From contig MFQZ01000005.1 in the NCBI GenBank assembly GCA_001784435.1, positions 25,015-89,014 of the forward strand: 64,000 bases of DNA, read 5' to 3'. The DNA comes from Candidatus Magasanikbacteria bacterium RIFOXYC2_FULL_42_28. GTDB lineage: Bacteria > Patescibacteriota > Patescibacteriia > Magasanikbacterales > GWA2-37-8. A program made the position numbers and the translations under genes. Position 1 is the first letter of the stretch. Every line of letters begins with the position of its first letter. A model generated the notes under the pieces. That model had not been told where the DNA came from, made no database searches, and was given only the letters and a program-made list of their open reading frames with translations. This document shows, in pieces, positions 57,521 through 64,000 of the stretch.

Positions 57521-58228
57521 TTAATGATGTGATTTGGCTTCTTTTTTACCGGAAAAAAACAAACGGACGATTATCTCTATTATACTCGAAAACACCATTG
57601 ATGTCAAAATGAAAAGCGATTTGACCATTGGCAAGATCCACAAAATGTAGAAAGTGAAAAGGGGAAATAAAAACAAAAATATCGCTTCGCCGGGTGTCCA
57701 TTTTTTACCGCGCTGTTCCAAAATAATGGTGGCAAATAAATATAACGCACAAATGCCAGCCCATAAAGTATCATAACGCGCGCCAATATCAAATCCGTAA
57801 AAAATCACATTAATTTGACCTGGTAACTCAATAAATGGATACAAAATATGCGCAATACGTTCACCGGTAATTCCTCGAACGAACACCTGATAAAGTAAAA
57901 CTAATACGAGCAATTGAATAACGAGCGTCGCCACTTTTGCCCATGGAGAAATTTTGTGCTTTTTCATTATTTTACGAAACGCGTCTTTCATTAATACCGG
58001 ATCACCACGAAATGCCTGCGATTTTTCCTCAGCTTCGGCTTCAGCTCGTTCTTCACGGATTATATTGCGCTCGGAAATAATAGAAAGTGGCAAAAGTAAG
58101 ATACGCAAAAATACGGTGAGCCAAATAACGGCCCAGCCCAAGTTAAAATCAGCCACATTGGAATAAATCCAAACTAAGGCATTAAATAACGGCTGGTATA
58201 AAAAAGTAAGCCAAAAATACGAGAACAT
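57521..58228 (-). CDS. yidC: YidC/Oxa1-family membrane protein insertase (short form)
   Basis: Five TM helices. LTVFLRILLLPLSI and KIMKKHKISPW motifs match the YidC core. Confidence 0.65.
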   Translation of the reverse strand: MFSYFWLTFLYQPLFNALVWIYSNVADFNLGWAVIWLTVFLRILLLPLSIISERNIIREERAEAEAEEKSQAFRGDPVLMKDAFRKIMKKHKISPWAKVATLVIQLLVLVLLYQVFVRGITGERIAHILYPFIELPGQINVIFYGFDIGARYDTLWAGICALYLFATIILEQRGKKWTPGEAIFLFLFPLFTFYILWILPMVKSLFILTSMVFSSIIEIIVRLFFSGKKEAKSHH

Positions 58229-58280
58229 ATATTATACGTAGTATAACACAAATTCAAGCAAAAAACAACGGCTATTCACA

Positions 58281-58985
58281 CTATTTTCTAGTCATCCAAT
58301 GTTTACGCCTTTTTAAAGGCATTTTTTCAATAGAATACCGCAACATTGTGCGAGGCATTTTGGCTACATTTCCACGCAAAAAATCTTCTAAAATCTTGAC
58401 CGAACACCTCTTCCCTACCTCACGCAACATCCAACCAACCGCTTTATGAATTAAATCGTGTTTATCTTTTAATAAAATTTTGGCAATTTTTATAGTGTCT
58501 GCTGATTGACCATTATAGATGAAAGCAAAAGTCGCGAGTATGGCAATTCGCCGTTCCCACAAATTTTTTGACTTTGCTAACTGATACAAAATCTTTCTTG
58601 ATTTATCTAATAAATACACGCCCACCACTCTCGGTACGGTCACATCCACCAAATCCCAATTATTTATATAACGAATATTTTTTAAAAAAATATTATACAC
58701 GCGGGTTTTATCCGCCTTACTCCCCTCTTCGAATTTTTTTACCAAAATTAATAACGCAACCATCCGCTCTTCGTGCCACGGTGAATGCAATAATTTTTCC
58801 GTATCCGCAAAACTCAGATCTTCCCAATATTTTTCCACAACTGAACGTGTCTCAGGCATCGTTAACCCCAAAAATTTATCCCCCTCGCCGTACTGCCCCG
58901 GGCCAGTTTTAAAAAAACGCAAAGAAAGCTTAGCTCTCGTCGGATTAGCCAAGCTACGAATTTCTTTTTTAATTTTATTTAACAT
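58281..58985 (-). CDS. DNA alkylation repair enzyme (AlkD/AlkC-like HEAT-repeat glycosylase family)
   Basis: LANPTRAKLSLRFFKTGPGQYGEGDKFLG N-terminus characteristic of the PF08713 family. Confidence 0.7.
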   Translation of the reverse strand: MLNKIKKEIRSLANPTRAKLSLRFFKTGPGQYGEGDKFLGLTMPETRSVVEKYWEDLSFADTEKLLHSPWHEERMVALLILVKKFEEGSKADKTRVYNIFLKNIRYINNWDLVDVTVPRVVGVYLLDKSRKILYQLAKSKNLWERRIAILATFAFIYNGQSADTIKIAKILLKDKHDLIHKAVGWMLREVGKRCSVKILEDFLRGNVAKMPRTMLRYSIEKMPLKRRKHWMTRK

Positions 58986-58990
58986 GAAAA

Positions 58991-60934
58991 CTAAATTTTC
59001 AAAATCCTCTCAATATCTTCCACGGTAAAATAATTCTCCCCACGTAAAACCGTGGCGCGCCAGTCATTTTTTTTGCCAAATAAAACACAGTAATCATTAT
59101 CCGCCACCTGATCATAAATTTTCCGTATTTCTTTACAGGTGTCAAAATACAAAAAATGTTCGCTGGAAGAAACGTTATCCAAATAAGAAAAAAATAAACT
59201 GCCCATTGTGTCAAATTTAAAACGTAATTGGGTTTCCAAATCCCGGCCCACTTCCACTAAAACCGGTAATTTAAATGTCCGGCCATCAATGTTTACACTT
59301 TTGTTTGAAACACTGCTTAAAGCAAACTGCTCAATTTTAGGAAATTTCCAAAGCCCAGTCACTTCCGCCCGCCACTTACGAACATTATCACGAATAAATT
59401 TTGTTTCGGTGGCCGTTGAAGTAGCGTCGGACAATAAATTCCGCCCCAAACCAATATCACCGGAAAAACCTAAAAACGGCAACACCGTCGAGCCGGTATC
59501 CAAAGTTGACCCGGGCACGCCAATCTCTTGTGGTAAGGCGGACGGAGGCAAAATCATCAACCGATTGGTCCGTTTTTGTTTTTCCAACAGTTTCGTAGCC
59601 ATATTTTCCAGACCCAAATGATCAGACGCGAGCACAATCACAGTGTTAGCGCCATAAGGCGACGCGCGTAATTTTTTTACAAATTCTCCCACTAAATAAT
59701 CAGAACAATTAACCGCGTTTAACATCGGATTTTTGCCATCAGTATAAACCCGACCGGCGCAAGCCCGATTAACATGGCCTTTGGGATGGTGAGTATCGAG
59801 CGTAATTAAAAATAATCCAAAATTATTCGTGCCAGCAGACAACTGTTCAAACCGATCATAAGCCATTGGTAAAAAACTGTCGTCATAAATTCCCCACCCG
59901 CTCACATAATTTTTATCAGCCAAACGCGGACGCAAATCTTCATATCCCAAAAATTCATCAAAGCCGTGGGATTTATAAAACAAATCTTTACCGGCAAATT
60001 CCGCACGTGCCCCGCCATAATATGACAAATAATATCCTTGCTCATGTAATAAATCACCCAAACAACGCGCGCCAACAAAAAATTTATCCATACCAGACAT
60101 AGAATTACCGCCCGACGGCGTCATGAGCGGTATACCACATTGGCTCGCCACCATCCCGCCCATCGTAAAGCCAGTGCTATACACCTGGGTAATGTCATTA
60201 AAAACAATCGCTTCATTTTTTAATTTATTCAATTCCGGCGTTAGCCCGGGAAAAGTTTTGCCATCAGAATAAGTTTGTTCAAATCCTTCCAAATAAATAA
60301 AAACTAAATTAGGGTGAGTCTCGCTGATTGGAACAAGCGATGAATTGTGGTATAGCGCTTCGAAACTAAACGGATCAAGAGGAATAATTTCCGTGGTCGT
60401 AGCGGTGGTAATAAAATTCGTTTCCGGCTTGTTGGTAAAAGCTACGGCCGCAGGCATGATGCCGGCGAGATATTCTTCTTGAGTTATTTGATACCACGAC
60501 AACGATGACGGATTGGAAATAATTGAAAGAGTAAATAATAACAACGACAAAAGAGAATATGAAAATCGTGGTTCATTTTTACGCGAGGCACGGATAATAA
60601 AACCTAAAATAATAAAACAAGCCACTAAAAACAACGCGCTCCCAACAATCAAATACCGATATTCAAAAAATCCGGCGCCAGCCAAACCGTATTTAAGATG
60701 ATACACCACGGCTTCGGTAATGCCTTCTCCGGTAAAACGATCAGCGATATAATATGACAGGGATAGAATTACGATCACCAAAAATATCAAACCAAAAAAA
60801 ATATTCCCCAACCAAGTGGACTTACTTTTAGTAAAAAAATATAGGCCGAGCAAAAATAAAGGTACGGCCAATAAAAACGATGAAATCTCCGGCATGTTGA
60901 TATACACAAAAAGGGGGAACGCTAAGCGTCCCAT
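58991..60934 (-). CDS. LTA-synthase/sulfatase-family membrane protein (phosphoglycerol or phosphoethanolamine transferase-like)
   Basis: Five N-terminal TM helices plus an extracellular alkaline-phosphatase-superfamily domain (VFIYLEGFEQ, metal-ligand region LASDHLG). Confidence 0.7.
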   Translation of the reverse strand: MGRLAFPLFVYINMPEISSFLLAVPLFLLGLYFFTKSKSTWLGNIFFGLIFLVIVILSLSYYIADRFTGEGITEAVVYHLKYGLAGAGFFEYRYLIVGSALFLVACFIILGFIIRASRKNEPRFSYSLLSLLLFTLSIISNPSSLSWYQITQEEYLAGIMPAAVAFTNKPETNFITTATTTEIIPLDPFSFEALYHNSSLVPISETHPNLVFIYLEGFEQTYSDGKTFPGLTPELNKLKNEAIVFNDITQVYSTGFTMGGMVASQCGIPLMTPSGGNSMSGMDKFFVGARCLGDLLHEQGYYLSYYGGARAEFAGKDLFYKSHGFDEFLGYEDLRPRLADKNYVSGWGIYDDSFLPMAYDRFEQLSAGTNNFGLFLITLDTHHPKGHVNRACAGRVYTDGKNPMLNAVNCSDYLVGEFVKKLRASPYGANTVIVLASDHLGLENMATKLLEKQKRTNRLMILPPSALPQEIGVPGSTLDTGSTVLPFLGFSGDIGLGRNLLSDATSTATETKFIRDNVRKWRAEVTGLWKFPKIEQFALSSVSNKSVNIDGRTFKLPVLVEVGRDLETQLRFKFDTMGSLFFSYLDNVSSSEHFLYFDTCKEIRKIYDQVADNDYCVLFGKKNDWRATVLRGENYFTVEDIERILKI

Positions 60935-61022
60935 AACCCACGCTTAGCGTGGGGGTTGAAATATATAACCAATAGGTATATAATATCATAAATTACACTT
61001 ATCCACAATTTAAGATGTATTT

Positions 61023-63266
61023 ATGGCATATAACATTTTAGAAAAAAATGACTGGGAAAAGCTAAAAACCGCCGAACCGGCGCGTTTTGAAAATCAGATG
61101 GCGGGCGGAGAGTATTTAAATTTACAAAAATTGGATTTAGCCGTTTTACCCGGAATTGATACCGATAAACTCAATGATTTAGCCCGCATTATGCGTGGTT
61201 TTATTTTTGCTATGGTTGAGGCGGCGCGCTCTGGTCACCCGGGGTCAAGCGCCAAAGCGGAGATGCTGTTGGCAATGGTCCTATCCGGCGTGATGGGATT
61301 TAATCCGCTTGATCCAAAAAATAATGGGCGCGATCGATTGATTTGGTCAGCCGGACATTGTACCCCCGCTCTCTACGCGATTTTGACGGTAATTTACGAA
61401 TCCTTAAAATTAACCGGTCAAAATTTTGACGAGGATAAATTACACGCGGTCTTGGCCAAACATTTACACCGTTTCCGCCGACCGGACGGCCCGCAAGGAC
61501 ATGTTGAGGCGTACAGTCCTCTAGCTGACTTTGGAACTGGCCCGTCCGGGCATGGTTTATCCGGCGCGTCTGGTATGGCCGCGGTGCATAAGTCCTGTGG
61601 ATTAGACACTAAAGTTTTTGTAATCATGGGCGACGCCGAAAGCGAAGAAGGGATGAGTTATGAAGCGCGCAACGTGGCCGTGTCTTTGGGGCAAGATAAT
61701 CTGATTGTCAATTTGGATTATAACCATTTTGGCATTGACGGCGACATCAACGAAGTAATCGCCACGCCTTATATTAATCATTGGTTAGGATTGGGTTGGA
61801 ATGTAATTGAAGTAAATGGTCACGATGTTTTGGAATTAGTTTATGCCTATCGCAAAGCATCGGAAGGTTTTGGCAACAAACGCCCAACCTGCGTATTAGC
61901 GCACGCTTTCAAAGGTAAGGGTTATGGCAAAATGGAAAACACAGCCGAATCACACGGCACACCAGCTAAATTTCCGGACTATGTGGAAATAATGAAAAAA
62001 TTGGGCTTTGATATTCCAGGTGTAGAAAAAGAAACTACCAAAGATATCGAGGTGGTGCTAAAACAATTAACGCCCGAATTAGCGCAATATGTTTGTGAGC
62101 GTTTAAAAATTACTACTGCCAAAATTAAACCAGAAAGCGAATTAATAACAAAAATGACAACGGCTTTAACCGGTCGGGCCATCGTTAATCCGACTGACAT
62201 CAAACGACCGGAAACTTTGCCGACGGAATTAGTATTTGAACAGGGTGCCAATGTCGCTACCCGCAAAGCCACTCAGGCCTGGTTTGACTGGCTGATGAAA
62301 CAAACCGCATTTTTTTATGCTGGCGCCGGTGATTTGGCCAAATCAGTTTTAACTGCCAAAGCAGAAAATGTTTACGGGGTGATTACTCCTAATAATCCGT
62401 TGGGACGAGGTGTGCGTTTTGGCATTGCTGAACAAAATATGGCAATGTTTGGCACGGCGATTACGACCGACCGCTTGCCGGGTGGATTCGCACCCGTATC
62501 TGTTTTTGCTTCTTACGGCGTGTTCACCTCCATGATGACGAACTGCGTGCGTCTGACTTTGATCAACAATCATTTATATCCCGAACACAAAGGATTTTTT
62601 ATCGTACTCGCCGCGCATGATGGCCCGGAAACCGGCGAGGATGGTCCAACTCACCAAGGCATGTTTTGGATGAGCATGTATAACGCTTACCCGGGCATAA
62701 AAGTTTACAAACCAATGGACGCGAACGAAACGATTGAAATGTTATTTTACGCTTTGGAAAAAGGCGAGCCGATTGCGTTGTCGGTGGCGCGACCGGATAC
62801 GGTGGTATTTAAACGTGGCAATGGCGTGCCCGAAGCGCGCGAGGCGGTAAATGGCGCGTATGTATTTAAAAATTATTCGGAAAATGGCGGACGAAAAATT
62901 GCATTGGCGATTTGTGGGGCGCAGGTGCTGGCCAATACCTTGGAAATTGTACCGGAATTAGAAGCGGGCGGATTGGATGTAAAAATTATTGCCGTCACAT
63001 CGCCGGAATTATACGAGGACTTACGCAAAACTAATCCGACCAAGGCCAATGAAATTTGTTCGGACGAAGACCGCGCTCGCGTGGTCGCGATGCACAATGG
63101 CTGGAAAGGATTTTTATATCCATTTTTATTGCCGAGCGATTATGATAAACGAACGATTGCGATTGATACTTATTTGACTTCAGGAAATCCGAAAGAGGTG
63201 TATGAGGTGGCTGGGTTTACGGCCAAGGATTTATTGAAAAAAATTATAAATTCAAATTTAAAATAA
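61023..63266 (+). CDS. tkt: Transketolase (single-chain, divergent)
   Basis: ThDP motif SGHPGSS, GDAESEEGMSYEA...LDYNHFGIDG and a C-terminal transketolase domain. Confidence 0.8.
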   Translation: MAYNILEKNDWEKLKTAEPARFENQMAGGEYLNLQKLDLAVLPGIDTDKLNDLARIMRGFIFAMVEAARSGHPGSSAKAEMLLAMVLSGVMGFNPLDPKNNGRDRLIWSAGHCTPALYAILTVIYESLKLTGQNFDEDKLHAVLAKHLHRFRRPDGPQGHVEAYSPLADFGTGPSGHGLSGASGMAAVHKSCGLDTKVFVIMGDAESEEGMSYEARNVAVSLGQDNLIVNLDYNHFGIDGDINEVIATPYINHWLGLGWNVIEVNGHDVLELVYAYRKASEGFGNKRPTCVLAHAFKGKGYGKMENTAESHGTPAKFPDYVEIMKKLGFDIPGVEKETTKDIEVVLKQLTPELAQYVCERLKITTAKIKPESELITKMTTALTGRAIVNPTDIKRPETLPTELVFEQGANVATRKATQAWFDWLMKQTAFFYAGAGDLAKSVLTAKAENVYGVITPNNPLGRGVRFGIAEQNMAMFGTAITTDRLPGGFAPVSVFASYGVFTSMMTNCVRLTLINNHLYPEHKGFFIVLAAHDGPETGEDGPTHQGMFWMSMYNAYPGIKVYKPMDANETIEMLFYALEKGEPIALSVARPDTVVFKRGNGVPEAREAVNGAYVFKNYSENGGRKIALAICGAQVLANTLEIVPELEAGGLDVKIIAVTSPELYEDLRKTNPTKANEICSDEDRARVVAMHNGWKGFLYPFLLPSDYDKRTIAIDTYLTSGNPKEVYEVAGFTAKDLLKKIINSNLK

Positions 63267-63267
63267 T

Positions 63268-63395
63268 TAATTAATACTAATAATTCTCAAATTAACTAAG
63301 TCCTAATTCGCTAATAAAATTCCCAATACTCAAAATATTTTATAATTGAGTATTTTATTAGAAATTAGTGAATTAGCGAATTAGTTAATTTACAA
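63268..63395. repeat. Palindromic intergenic repeat family C, copy 2 (AACTAAGTCCTAATTCGCTAATAAAAT ... ATTTTATTAGAAATTAGTGAATTAGCGAATTAG)
   Basis: Arms are reverse complementary. Includes the AATACTCAAAATATTTTATAATTGAGTATT sub-palindrome, similar to 47735..47775. Confidence 0.65.
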
Positions 63396-63399
63396 CTCT

Positions 63400-64000
63400 A
63401 TGTCCCTCCCAAAATTTCTTACCGACAAAAATTTAATTCCCAATGTTACGATTAACCCGGCTTTAAATTACCTCGGCACAGAAAGTGCTTTTGATTTCGG
63501 CGCCAAAGTAATGGAAGTAGAAAAATCGGGAAAATTTCCCCAGATTTATAAATTTCATGTTGGTGATACTGGACCAAAAACTCCCCAGCCGATTATTGAT
63601 GTCGCGATTAAAGCCCTGCAAGACAAACAGACCAAATACGGACACTTTGCCGGTTATCCACAGGTGCGCGAGAACATTGCCAAACACTGGAACAAAACCC
63701 GCGGAATTAACATTACTAAAGATAATGTTTTGTTACAACCAGGCGGAAAACCGGCGATTGAAATGAGTATTCAGGCACTCGTAGCGCCGGGCGACAAAAT
63801 AATTGTCCAAAACCCGGGCTATCCGATTTATGACTCGCTCGCTAATTTTTATAATCACGGTAATGTTTTAAATTGGAGCGCGCGCCGCGATGAAATCAAA
63901 AACACTTTAGAATTTGATGTAGAAGATTTGAAAAAATTATTGGAAGAAAATACCCAAGTAAAATTATTGATGTTAAACACTCCTCAAAACCCGACCGGCA
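63400..64000 (+). CDS. PLP-dependent aminotransferase, class I/II (N-terminal part; runs off the window)
   Basis: Frame open from the ATG at 63400 to the window end. KFHVGDTGPKTP...NPGYPIY pattern matches aspartate/LL-DAP aminotransferases. Confidence 0.65.
   Translation, partial: MSLPKFLTDKNLIPNVTINPALNYLGTESAFDFGAKVMEVEKSGKFPQIYKFHVGDTGPKTPQPIIDVAIKALQDKQTKYGHFAGYPQVRENIAKHWNKTRGINITKDNVLLQPGGKPAIEMSIQALVAPGDKIIVQNPGYPIYDSLANFYNHGNVLNWSARRDEIKNTLEFDVEDLKKLLEENTQVKLLMLNTPQNPTG

Overview
This AT-rich (~38% GC) window appears bacterial and compact, with about 60 co-linear housekeeping genes. The combination of streamlined gene content, many very short intergenic gaps and heavy CGC/GCG/CCG codon use suggests a Candidate-Phyla-Radiation / Patescibacteria-like lineage, but that is inference from composition only. 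Supported content, in order: ABC-F ATPase, GIY-YIG nuclease, ArfB, an HI0933-like flavoprotein, a CorC/CNNM transporter, tRNA-Asn(GTT), an MGMT-domain protein, uppP, proS, iscR-iscS-nifU plus ferredoxin, rsmI, metG, cvpA, tatD, a complete F1Fo ATP synthase operon (atpZ-B-E-F-H-A-G-D-C), an ABC exporter, a UvrD-family helicase fused to a Cas4/AddB-like nuclease, mreBCD-mrdA, greA, lysS, a Ham1-NUDIX fusion, serS, alr, an ftsQ-like gene, an HNH endonuclease plus tyrosine recombinase pair, and a hrcA-grpE...dnaK...dnaJ heat-shock region interrupted by yhhQ-queF and two very AT-rich genes, followed by an SPFH-domain protein, yidC, an AlkD-like repair gene, an LtaS-family gene, tkt and a partial aminotransferase. 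Most unusual is the density of short palindromic repeat families. (1) A ~90-130 bp element with TGTCATTSCRA...TYGSAATGACA termini has at least 7 full and 4 half copies, several inserted in-frame inside uppP, rsmI, tatD and the helicase, encoding SLGMT/LARND loops, much like Rickettsia palindromic elements. (2) A GC-rich ~50 bp palindromic element sits in-frame twice in the helicase and once in grpE, read in a different frame. (3) An AT-rich ~115 bp palindrome family with iterated TTGACATT motifs sits at four intergenic sites. (4) An AATTAGCGAATTAG-type palindrome occurs twice. (5) AAGATT-repeat hairpins occur twice. In addition, the atpD-atpC spacer holds a ~250 bp large palindrome made of two inverted copies of a hairpin element with compensatory stem changes. 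A 43-aa cysteine-rich peptide with its own extended -10 promoter and a 590-aa orphan protein with AGA/ATA-rich foreign codon usage lie between the atp operon and the ABC exporter. A small islet next to tRNA-Asn carries a duplicated tRNA 3' end.
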